Made by a program: the position numbers and the translations under genes
From: Paramoeba atlantica
Lineage: Eukaryota; Protista; Discosea
Assembly (NCBI GenBank): GCA_977017575.1
Contig: CDRNVI010000144.1
Span: 374,510-438,509, forward strand
Direction of reading: 5' to 3'
DNA: 64,000 nucleotides
Notes under the pieces: generated by a model
The model's database searches: none
What the model was told of the DNA's origin: nothing
What the model saw: only the letters and a program-made list of their open reading frames with translations
Shown here: positions 12,501 to 23,757 of the stretch, in pieces
Layout of the letters: every line of letters starts with the position of its first letter
Position numbering within the stretch: the first letter of the stretch is position 1

Positions 12501-15015
12501 TCTATAAAATGTTGCTGTGTTGCCAGAGCATTTGTTAATCCAAATGGCATTGAATTCCATTCCCACAGCCTGAATTGTGAACAAAAGCCATTTTTCCCTT
12601 GTCCTCCTCTTGGATTGGGATTGACTAAAATGCTGCAGTCATATCCAATGTTGAAAAGAATGAGGATTCACCCAGGTATGACAACACATCATTAATTTTT
12701 TTGGTATTAGATAACTCCATTTCTTAGTCCTTTCATTTAATTCTCTGTAATCCACACAGAATCAGACTTTTTCATTTGCTTTTTTGCCACTAACATGGTG
12801 AATTTGATGATTGGATGACTCTTCTCTTGGCCATCTCTTGGATTTGATTCTCTTCAATTGTCCTTTTGACTGTCTCCTTTGTATAATAAGCTCATCTAAA
12901 AGGCTTTTGAGTTTCATCTTTAAGTTCAATTTTGAACTCTGTTGCATCTGTATGCATGATTGGAGCATTGCTAAGTATGTCCCACATTTCTTTGTATTTT
13001 TCAAAGAGTTTACAGAGTTGAATCATTTGATCAAGATTGAGATCACTAAGAGTGAGGTCAGTTTTCTTTGTGAACTCCTCATATTCCTCTGGAATCATCT
13101 TTTCATCTTCTTCCAGATTTTTCTGACCATCTCTCAACAGGATATTTGCTAAAGAACATTGATGCTATTTCTTCTGAGAATCCCCAACCTCCTTGATTGC
13201 ACATGTGTTTTGCCATTCCATGGCAGTCCTCTTGAGGCTGTAGTTCTGGAGTGACCAATTTATCTTTATACATTCTTTCATCTGACTTCTTTTGGTGAAG
13301 TTTTACTGGTCTTTTATCAAGAGGTTTTGCAATGGTTTGTTCTGCATTCTTTTCTGTAACATTAATGTGTTTTACAACATGTAGACCCTTTTTCAAGTGA
13401 GAATGAGGTATTTCCAACATTCATAATCTCAATTCAAGTAGTGTAGATATATTGTCTCACATGATCAAATCTCAGTTGTAGAGCTTTTTTTTTCTGTCTG
13501 ACCTCAACTGCTAAGATTGATCTAGGATCCAATCTTGTTTGTGTAGTTATTTTTAATTCTCCAATCTCTCTGGGATTGGGAAGGAGTGAACTTCTTCAGT
13601 TGGCATTATTGATGATTTGTCAGCTAAGGAAATGTAATTTCCTTTGTAATGGTCTCCAAAGTTTGGGAATTGCTTTATTCAGGAATGTTCTTGCCACAAC
13701 ATCTATCCTGCAAGCCCTAGAATCACAAAGTGCTTGTGTAGTAAATATCATTGACCATGCAAGGTATGTTGAACAGTTTATTATTTATTTGGTATATTTT
13801 AGGATTCAAGTCTCTTACTAGGTTGCCAATATGGATTGTGAAGCCATTTTCACTCATCTTGACCACCATCTTGTCTTGTTGCCAAGTATTTTGAGTAAAT
13901 TCCTTTTTACTCTTAAAAGAATTGACAAACCATTTGCTTTTTCTTTAAGTTCTTCAAGAGTTAATATCCCACATCCAAGGAGTTCACAAGTAAAGTATTT
14001 TCCAACTGAAATCCCCACATCCTCTCTTTCTTGGAACTCTTTTGTTCCAATTAACAAGACTCATATGTTTATATTTCCTTGCTGCAGCATCACCATATCT
14101 ATCCACAGTGCTTATCCAGGGATGAAAGAAAACAGGTTATTGGTTCACTCCTCTTCAATTTTTCTTTGGTTCTTTAATACTTATCTGTTCCCCCCCTAAC
14201 AGACACTTTATTTAGACCTTGGAAGATTGGATTTTTGAATTCTCACATTGCTTCCTTCACATAGATTTCCTGAAAGGGAGTTTCTCTTATCTTCAAGAAC
14301 AGGTGCAAATATTCTGTAGTTACCACCTGAAATTCTTGATTAGTAACTTTTTTATCAGGTACTCAAAAAAGATCAAACTTCTGCTGTTCCATAAGGACAA
14401 CTTTCTCACCAAAGAATCTATTAAGGGTACACAACAAATTCAAAGGTAATCCATCCAACTTTTGGCCTAATGAGTTTCAATTGCCCTTGCAAACTTGATT
14501 TGTTTTCTGAACTCAAGTATGTTTGGTCAAATATCTTGTTTAATACTCTTTTTTTTGATGCAAAATTGAGAAGCTTGGACTGGGTTTTGGAAATTCACAT
14601 CTTTAATTACCAATTTCCAATGTTGTTTCTAAGATTTGTAGTTTGGTTCTTTCATCTTTAAAAACTCCTTCTTTATTCACACCAACTCTTCATTTTGCAC
14701 AACCAGGAAATGAATTGCCTTCACCAATTGTTCTGCTTGGAGTTTCCTCTAAGCAATTTCTCAAAATCAAATGCTTCTTCTATTGGTTATTCAAATTGAA
14801 GCATTACCAAGATAGATTTTATTTTACTTCTAAGGTTTCAATAGTTTAAAGAAGTACAATTGAAAACTGGGAAAATCAAGAAGTGGAAAAGTGAAGAAAA
14901 GAAAATGTAGTAATAAGAATATTAATGATAATGAACTTTAATCAATTGAATTGAATTCAACAAGAATTTAAATAAAGATATTATATATATTTATAATATT
15001 TCATATTTGAATATT
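9590..15015 (-). mobile_element. Degenerate Ty3/gypsy LTR retrotransposon (element 1)
   Basis: RT motifs (YVDDIVIFSKTFEKH, 12261-12584), RT-RNH connection (KVKAIKHFPQPTNQKELQSLLGLVSWCRRFI) and integrase C-terminus (FAYNTQVHSVTKQKPFMLQFGRIP). PPT GCAAGGGGGGGG abuts TGTAAA at 9797. Related terminal repeats at ~9590-9797 and ~14810-15015. Many stops and frameshifts. Outer boundaries approximate. Confidence 0.85.
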
Positions 15016-15430
15016 TTTTTAAACTTAATTAAGATTTAAAGTTTGAATAAAAAACTCTTTTATATGATAAAATAATATTTTGAAAAGTTTTTAATTTAAA
15101 AAGTAGTGAAAAAGATATTAGTTTTAGATTTTATTTTGAAGAAGAAATATAAAAGATTAATACAAAAGAAATGATGTTAAAAGAGAAAAAATAAAAAAAA
15201 ATTTAAATTAATCTCATTAACTTTCTTATTTTTTTGTTTTTTTAAAGATGAGTATGATAGTTTAGTTGTTCTTTTCTTCAATTTCTCATTTTTGAAGTCT
15301 CAAGTTCAATTCTTTTAATTTTCCAATTTTCCAATTTTTCAATTTTCTAATTTTCCAATTTTCCAATTTTCCAATTTTCCAATTTTTCAGTTTTTTAGTT
15401 TTTTAGTTTTTTAGTTTTTTAGTTTTTTTT

Positions 15431-16075
15431 ATAAATAAATCAAATAAATTGTAAAATTGTGTAAAAAGTACAATTTTATTTGTAACTTGTTTGGAAATGA
15501 ACTTTTAAACATCAAAAACTAAATAACAATTGAGAAAAAATGAAAATAGAAAATAATACAAATAAACATTGAAAAAAGTGGTTGGAAAATAATCAAAAAC
15601 AAAGGGAAATATGTTTTTTTTTTTGTAAATAAATCAAATAAATTGTAAAATTGTGTAAAAAGTACAATTTTATTTGTAACTTGTCTGGAAATGAACTTTT
15701 AAACATCAAAAACTAAATAACAATTTTTTAAAAAATGAAAATAATACAAATATTGAATTATACATTGAAAAAAGTGATTGGGAAATAATCAAAAACAAAG
15801 GGAAATATATTTTTTTTTTTGTAAATAAATCAAATAAATTGTAAAATTGAGTAAAATATTCAATTTTATTTGTAACTTGTTTGGAAATGAACTTTTAAAC
15901 ATCAAAAACTGAATAACAATTTTCTAAAAATGAAAATAATACAAATAGACATTGAAAAAAGTGGTTGGGAAATGATTAAAAACAAAGGGAAATATGTTTT
16001 TTTTTTTGTAAATAAGTCAAATAAATTGTAAAATTGTGTAAAAAGTACAATTTTATTTGTAATTTATCTGGAAAT
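15431..16075. repeat. AT-rich tandem repeat, ~190-bp unit x ~3.3
   Basis: TAAATAAATCAAATAAATTGTAAAATTG recurs at about 15432, 15626, 15822 and 16009. Confidence 0.9.
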
Positions 16076-18787
16076 CTCTTCTCCCTCTATTAGAAAACTT
16101 ATAAAAAATATCAAAAAATGTGGATTAAATTGATTTAACAAGCAGGAAAGAGTATAAAATTCCCTAATTCCTTTGGAGAAAGCTAATTGTGTTTGATTCC
16201 CAAGGTTGAGAACATTTCTTGCTCTAACCAGTTCAGACTTATAAGTGTAACAAACTCTGATTATTGAATTGTAATGTAATATTAAGCTTTTTGGTTTTCT
16301 GAAATTGCAAGTGGAGTAATCTTTGATACTCAACATGCAATGTTTAAGGGGAAATCAATTGATGCAACTGTGAAAACAATTTATGATGTCTTCTATGAAG
16401 CTTTGGCCAATGAACAAAATATTATTCTTCCAAACTGACTTCTACAAGGCTTATGATTATGTAAACTGTGATGCTCTAATTCACATCTTGAAGAGATTGA
16501 AGGCTCCTTTCCAAGCTATCTTTGTGATTGAGAAAGTACTCCACCCCTCTAAAACTTGGTTACCCTCAATTGAAGGGAAACCTAGCTTTTCTCTAGCTAA
16601 CTTTATTACCAGTAGAACTGAAGTTCAACAAGGCTGCCCAATCTCCCCTCTTCTCTTCCTAATTATCTTTGATTTATTGCTGGTGAGCCTCAACAAGAAC
16701 CACCCTCTTGAGAAGCTCTCTGGTTTCATGGATGACCTTGGACTACTCCTGAAAAAAGTTAACACCATTAACCTCTTGACCCCCACTTTTCAGAAGTATG
16801 AAAAGACAACTGGTGCTCTCTTGAATTACTCAAAGTGCTTTGTTTTAATAACTCAAATGTATAAACCTTCTGGCCTTTGGTCTGCAATGCCCAAAACCAA
16901 CTTTAAAAGCAATGAGATAACTTATTTAGGTGTGTGAATAAGCTGTAAGATGGAATTAAAGAAGGATTGATTTAAAGTATGTGAAAAGATGCAAAGAGTA
17001 AGTAAGGCCATTAAGAATCAAGGAGGGCCCTTTGCAGTAAAAGTAAGGATAATTAACACCTACTTAATTCCCTGTATGGGTTACTTGGCCTGCTTTAAAC
17101 TTATCCCTCAATCTGTATCTGTGATAGTATGGAAACTCATTCAAGCTGCCTTGGGAGCATATGCCAATCTAAAAACCACCATTCTGACTGCTTGCCATTC
17201 TCTTATGGGTAGTAAATGTCAGGTTCACCATTTCATTCTCTTCAATTGGGCTCTTCTTATCTCTCATAAACCTTTAAGTTATGAATACAAGAATCTCTTG
17301 GCCATTGGAGCTATGAGACTTGATGCTTACTCTGCTGCTTCAAAAATCTCTAAAGAAGTGACTTTGAGAGGCCTAACCAAAACAAACTATAATTCCCTTT
17401 CTCATCAAGTACCTATTGTGCTTGAAGATATCTACCAAGAGGATGGAAAGATCAAATGTATTGTCTACAACTTAGCTTATACTTTTAAACCTCAGCTCCA
17501 ATGAAATCTTACCAAATTCTTGATTCATGGTCTCTCTATAATGGATAAGATCTCCCATTTTACTTTGAAACCTCCTACCTGTTGATTATGTAAGAAAGAA
17601 AAAGAATCTTGAACCCACCTCCTTGAAACTTGTATTTGTGCTAAAAGCTACCTTGAGAAGATGGAATGAAGCTAATTGTGGCATAATGGCTTAGTTGGTA
17701 AAATAACTATTGCTTCAATTCAGGGTTACAGGTTCAAATTCCAAAGAGGAAAATATTAAAAATATTATTTTCTCTTCTTGCTCACTTGAATGTGAAAAAT
17801 GGAATAGGTTATTCTCTGCTCTATTTGCTAAAAAGCAGAGAATAAATTCCCTGAAAAGGAGTTTAAGTGAATTAAAGGTCTTTGGACCATTTAAACCTAA
17901 AAAAGTGAAACTCTATCCTTGTTATTTTTAACCTTAAAAAATTAGTGGCTTTGGGTTAGGCTATTACCTAATAAAGTCCAGTGTTAAAAAGAAAAAAGAT
18001 GGGACAAAGCTGCATAAAGTTGAAACTTCCATCTTGAGAATCCTCTTTCTTTGTGTGTGAACTTACTGTTCAATACTGCTCAAACCTCTTCACCTCAATA
18101 GTGAGTGCTGTCTTACTTACACTGTGAATAACTGTGTGTGCTGAAGGATCTCAATTTGCTGAGTATGCTATTGATATCTTTTACAAAATCTTAAAAAAGA
18201 ACAAATTCCTTCCCAAACCTCTTTGTAAAAACCCAACCTCTGCAAAGAAAAAGAGAGAGATTGAAAAGTTCAAGTTTAAAGACTTACAAGTTTTCTATGA
18301 TGGTTCAAGTTGTACTGATCCTCACCTTGGTGGTGCTAACTATGCTATTTTCAGAGATGGAAAGGAAATTCTGATTGATGTTGAAACTATTTTCTTCAGT
18401 ACAAATAATGTTAATGAATTCAAAAGCTGTCTCTTGAGATTAAAGAGTGCAAGAGGTTTAGGTTCTCACATCTAAATTGTTGGTGATTATATGATATTAA
18501 TTAAGGCAGCTCCTAAGAATCACAATATTAGTAACCATGAACTTAACCTCCTGTTGATTGAGATTAGAGCAACTGCTGTTAGATTTGAAGATATTGAATT
18601 TATTCATATTTTTTATAAACTCAACAAACATGCTGATGCTATTGCTACTGCTGTTAGTTGGTCAGTTATGGATGGAATAGCTGCTGTTAATGATCTCAAA
18701 TGGAATTCTTGTATTAGACAAGTTGGAAAAACTGAAGAAAAATGGATTGTTGATAACTCTTTTTTATAGACTAAACTGAACAACCCC
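16076..18787 (+). pseudogene. L1-like LINE ORF2, 3' part: RT, CCHC zinc finger and RNase HI-like domain, interrupted by SINE-A
   Basis: QTDFYKAYDYVN, QQGCPISPLLFLIIFDLL and GFMDDLGLL (non-LTR RT). C*LCKKEKES*THLLETC at ~17578-17635. VFYDGSS...TNNVNEF...IVGDY...LNKHADAIA at 18290-18645. Confidence 0.85.
17674..17997 (+). mobile_element. SINE-A (tRNA-derived, ~320 bp)
   Basis: A-box TGGCTTAGTTGG, B-box GGTTCAAATTCC, A-rich tail. Decayed TSD aagatggaatgaagct/aagatgggacaaagct. Confidence 0.8.
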
Positions 18788-19111
18788 AATTGTAGCATGA
18801 TGGCTTAGTTGGTAAAACAGCTATTGCTTCAATTTGGGGTTGTAGATTCAAATTTCAAAGAAGAAAATATTAAAAATATTATTTTCTCTTCTTGCTCACT
18901 TGAATGTGAAAAACAGAACAGGTTATTCTTTACTCTATCTACTAAAAAGCAGAGAATAAAGTTCCTGAGAAGGAGTTTAAGTGAATTAAAGGTCTTTGGA
19001 CCATTTAAACCTAAAGAGGTGAAACTCTATCCTCATTATCTTTAACCTTAAAAAATTAATAGCTTTGGGTTAGACCATTACCTAATAAAGTCCAGTGTTA
19101 AAAAGAAAAAA
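18788..19111 (+). mobile_element. SINE-A copy
   Basis: Same head, body and tail. Decayed TSD taaactgaacaacccc/taaattgaataactccc. Confidence 0.8.
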
Positions 19112-19560
19112 TAAATTGAATAACTCCCTTAAGTATGATTAAAGTTATTCTATCCCTTTTTCCACACTCTTGAGGAAATTTCAAGGTTTAGTGATTACAA
19201 TTCAAGTGGTATACTTCTCCAAACCTCTCTCTTTTGATGGAACCTTGATAACACCTGTAGCCCTTTCTAAAAACCTCTATAATATATATTCTACTTCAAT
19301 CCTAAGTGACAAGTTATGTGAAAATATGTTGGATAATGAAAAGAACAGAAAAAAAAGAAAAAAAAAAAAAAAAAGATATGTAATCTTTAAAGAAGGTAAA
19401 CTTCCTCCAAGTGATGATGAAGATTAACTAACTATTCTAAGAATTAATTAATTTAAATATTATTAACCATGTCTATATTACCAATTGATAAAACCTAAAC
19501 TATCTTTTCTATCTATATGATGGTTTTTTACCTTAATAAATTAATAGCATTTTCTGATGT

Positions 19561-21720
19561 TTAGTGGAAAAAAAAAAAGAATAGAAGGCAGGAACTAGTT
19601 GCTATTCTTTTACAGATCTTGAGTTTTTCTTTATTTTGAAGCTTGTTTATATTCCAGGAGAGAACTTTCAAGTTAGGGAAACAAGAAAAACATTGAATTT
19701 GGAGTAAATTAAGAGGGTTAGATTTCAAAGAGAGGATTTGAAAATCACAAAGTCTCTCTTGGGGGAAAGGGAAGTTGAGGAAGGTGGGGGGAATAGGAAG
19801 TTGAGAAATTAGTTGGGACTTATTGACAACCATCAAAGGAGAGGGTTGAAGTTGAGCATCAAATCTCAGGGGGGGAGATTAAAGGAATCCATACTTTTTG
19901 ATATTTTGATTATTCTTTTTTTCTTTTTTTTTCTTTTTGTTCACCATCTTTCACTCTATCTTTTAGTATTTCTTTCTTTTTTTTTTAATTAACTTCCAAC
20001 TTAGAACTTTCTTTCAACTTTTTTCCTTTTTTTTCTGGTTTTTTCTTTTTTTTTTTTCCTTTTTTTCTTTAAACTTTTCCTCTTTTCCTTTTAAACAATA
20101 GAGAAGCTTTCCTAAGGGTCATTTGGGGATGATTTTAAGCTTCCATCAAGACTGGCATCCCAAGAACAAGAGGAAAAGGGAGAATCAGCAATTTTTTGGC
20201 TATTGCCAGAATGAGAACCAAATGAAAAAGTTGAAAATTTATGTTCATCTAAATTACTAAAAAAGGTAATGTTTTTCTGATTTTGTAAGCCAGTAACAAT
20301 GTTCTTTTTTTGGGTTATTTTTTTAGCTTGTGATTCAGGAACTCCATCAAGGACATCTTTGGAGAGAGGAACACTCTGGACACCAGTGAAGGAAGCAGGG
20401 GAAGGGACACCAGTGGAGGAAGAAGGGGAAGTGACATCAGTGGAAGGAGAAGGGGAGGGGACATCAGTGGAGGGAGAAGAGAAAAAAACACCTCTAGAAT
20501 TTCTCATCTTGTTATTTTTTTCCTTCCCTGCAAGAATGGTTTTGGAAATTATATTCAATTTTTTAGCTTCTAACATTTTGTTTGTATTGCCTTTCAATTT
20601 CTTTTTGCTTTGCCTCACTTTTTCTCTATCTTTATTGATTATTTCTCCTGTTTCTTCTGCTGATAATTGTCTTGGTCTTTTCTTGAATTTAGCTGTGTTT
20701 GAAGTAATAAATTGAACTGTTTCAATTAAAACTTATTGAAGCTTTTTGTTCAGTAATTCATATTTGCTATTTTCAAGGTTTGTAACTTTTTTTTTAGTTT
20801 TTTCATTCCCTGCTTCCACCTGAATTGGGTTGGAAGATCCCCCAGCCATGCTCAAGCTTTCTCACTCATACCAAAACTTATTTCCTCAATCTTTCCTCCT
20901 TTCAAAGGGATTTTCATTATAACTGACCCATCACTCTTCTCTTCTTCCTTGTTTTCTTCCTTACTATCAGTCTTTCTTCTTTTGATTATAATTATATCTC
21001 CATCACCATCCTCTTCCCTTCTTTCCTGTTCATTCACTTCCCTCTTTTTTTGTTCATTCTTACCTTGTGTTTTAGAGCCTTTGCTCATTTCTTTCTTCTC
21101 ACTCTCCATTTCAGCAATTTTATCTTTTTCCTTAAGGCACTGTTCTTTAGTTGATGTTTCTTTTTCATCAATAAATTTCATTTCTTCATACTTCTTTGCA
21201 TTTGTGATCATGATTTGGTCTTTCTCAAGACTAAAGCTTTGTTGCTCTTCTTCAAAAAGCTTGCTGATGGCATCCTCTCCTTGTTTCTGAATAATCTCTA
21301 CAGTGCAAGTAAGGCTTGCAAGATGGTTCACCCCACAGAGGGGGCACTCAATAAGGAGGTGGTATGGTTTGATTGGTGTTCAAATGGAACACTTGGCTTT
21401 AATCAAAATATTGATTTGGATGAATTCTTTGGTCTTGGCAATAAAGCAAACTAGAGAGAGGGGAATGGATTTGTAGAAGATGATGATGCAGTCCTCAGAG
21501 ACTTGTACCACTTCTTTGAGATTGAGAGAGGGAAGGTGGTTCTCTATTGAATAAATTGTAAATCCACTCATTCTCTGAAACTTGAAAAGAGAGTTTGATC
21601 TTGATCCCCCACAAATGGGCATCATGATTAACTCTCCAAATACAAGAACTCTTGAGTTGGTTGGTGATCAGGTTTTCTTTCTTTTTAATAATAGATTGAA
21701 TCATGAGGATATCCTCCTTC
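19561..21720 (-). pseudogene. L1-like LINE fragment: most of ORF1 plus the start of ORF2 (APE N-terminus)
   Basis: Paralogous to 30386-34330. Contains CPLCGVNHLASLTC, a coiled-coil-like region, S/P-rich repeats and LKVLSWNINKLQN. Confidence 0.8.
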
Positions 21721-21726
21721 TTCTAA

Positions 21727-22504
21727 AAAAAAAACCCTTAGAAATCATCTGAGGGTTCTTTTTTGCTGATATCTTCTCTTTTTCAAGTTTGCTGTGGTAG
21801 AAGACCACCCCACAGGGAGCTGAGCATATCTGCTGATAGTTCTCAACTTACTCTATCCAATTATATCTTCCAAAAGCTTTAATTTGTTTTTCAACAGAGT
21901 TGCTGGAGGAAATGCTAATTCAATACTACTATTTTTGAAAAAAGCAGTCTCAGATATGAACCAAATGATTGCTAAGCTTTGGGAGATGATTGATATTAAG
22001 AATGCCTCCTTTTCCACTCACCTTGCTACCAAACTCAACTTGTCTCTCATTAAAGGAGCCAGAGTATGCCCCCTCTCCCCAGTAGAAGCTTTTGCCTTCC
22101 CCAATGAGATTCCTACCTTCCCCAACTTCCTGAGAGCTATTGAAAGTCAAACCAACCTCAAGAGAAGTATTAGAGTGGAGGCAAGAACCAAACACTATGC
22201 CATCCTTACCCACAAGGAGGAAGATAGCTTCATGATCCAATCTATTATTGAAGAGAAAGGAAACTAAAAAAAAAAAAAAACCCTTAGAAGTTATCTGAGG
22301 GTTCTTTTTTGCTATTATCTTCCCTTTCTCAAGTTTGCTGTGGTAGAAAACCACCCCACAGGAAGTTGAGCATATCTGCTGATAGCTCTCAACTTACTCT
22401 ATCCAATTATGTCCTCCAAAAGCTCTAACTTGTCCTTCAGCAGAATTGCTGGAGGAAACACTAATTCAACACCATTATTCCTGAAAAAAACAGTTCCAGG
22501 TATG
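21727..22504 (+). repeat. Two tandem copies of the LINE ORF1 5' segment, each starting at A(n)CCCTTAG
   Basis: Starts at ~21727 and ~22266. Homologous to 23246-23757 (RVAGGNANS...KHYAIL). Confidence 0.8.
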
Positions 22505-23174
22505 TGTGAGGATAGATGTGAGGAGGGGAGCAGAATCAACAGAGAAAACAAGAGAAAAGAAAGAGAAACAGAAACTTTGAATTAAAACCTTTATAAGAAG
22601 GATCCCCAGCCAACACTAACAGAACAAGAAAACAACAACAAAGAAACAAAAAAGCAAAAAGAAGAACAACAAAAGGAATCACAACTGAGAAAAGCACAGA
22701 ATTGCTGAAACTCAACTTAAATCAGAATCCCAAGTCAACACAGCAACCAAAGAAGGAAGAAAGCAACAAAAGATGATAATAACAAAAGAAGAAAACAAAA
22801 AGCAAGCAAAGCAAGCCAAAAAATCACAAAGGAAAGCAGAAAGAAAGAGAGAGAGTAACAAGAAAGCAGAAAGAAGGCAGAAAGCAGCAAAGCAGCAAGA
22901 AAAAGGGGGCAAAATACAAACATGAAAATTGAATAAAAAGAGTACAAAAAATCTCATGATTTTAGCTAAAATTATAATAAAATGGCACATGGCTGTCTGT
23001 GAGGCTTAGAGCTCTCTGAAAGGACTAAAACTCATGATAAAAGGCATCAAGGAAGCTCAGGGAAGGCTCAAGGAGGCTCAAGGAAGCCTGGGGAAGCTCA
23101 GGGAAGATTCTAAAAACACTGAAAAGGCACTGAAAGGCACAACTTCTGTGTTGGAAGCAGGTCTCACTCCAACA
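22505..23174. mobile_element. Solo-LTR-like repeat (670 bp) inserted into LINE ORF1
   Basis: TGTGAGG...CCAACA termini with near-TSD TATG/TATA that restores LINE ccaggtatgaacc. Other copies at 39949-40573 and 60137-60806. Confidence 0.7.
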
Positions 23175-23757
23175 TATAAACCAAATGATTGCTAAGCTTT
23201 GGGAGATGATTGATATAAAGACTTTGAAAATCATACAGTAGACTTAAAAAAAAAACCCTTAGGAATCATTTGAGGGTTCTTTTTTGCTGTTATCTTCCCT
23301 TTCTCAAGTTTGCTGTGGTAGAAGACCACCCCACAGGGAGCTGAGCATATCTGCTGATAGCTCTCAACTTACTCTATCCAATTATGTTCTCCAAAAGCTC
23401 TAACCTGTCTTTCAACAGAGTTGCTGGAGGAAATGCTAATTCAACACCATTATTCCTGAAAAAAGCAGTCCCAGGTATGAACCAAACAATTGCCAAGCTT
23501 TGGGAAATGATTGATATTAAGAATGCCTCCCTGTCCACTTGCCTTGCTACCAAACTTAACCTGACTCTCATCAAAGGAGCCAGGGTATACCCCCTCTTCC
23601 CAGTAGGAGCTTTTGCCTTCCCCAATGAGATCTCTATCTTCTCCAACTTCCTGAGAGCTATTGAAAGCCAAACCAACCTCAAGGGAAGTATTAGAGTGGA
23701 GGCAAGGGTCAAACACTATGCTATCCTTGCCCACAAAGAGGAGGATGTCTTCATGAT

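Noticed and set aside
17677-17750. SINE heads as genuine tRNA genes
   Set aside because: The acceptor, anticodon and T stems do not pair. Each head is fused to a constant body, an A-tail and a TSD.
23246-23265. Telomeric repeat seed (AACCCT)
   Set aside because: It is a single unit within LINE sequence, not an array.
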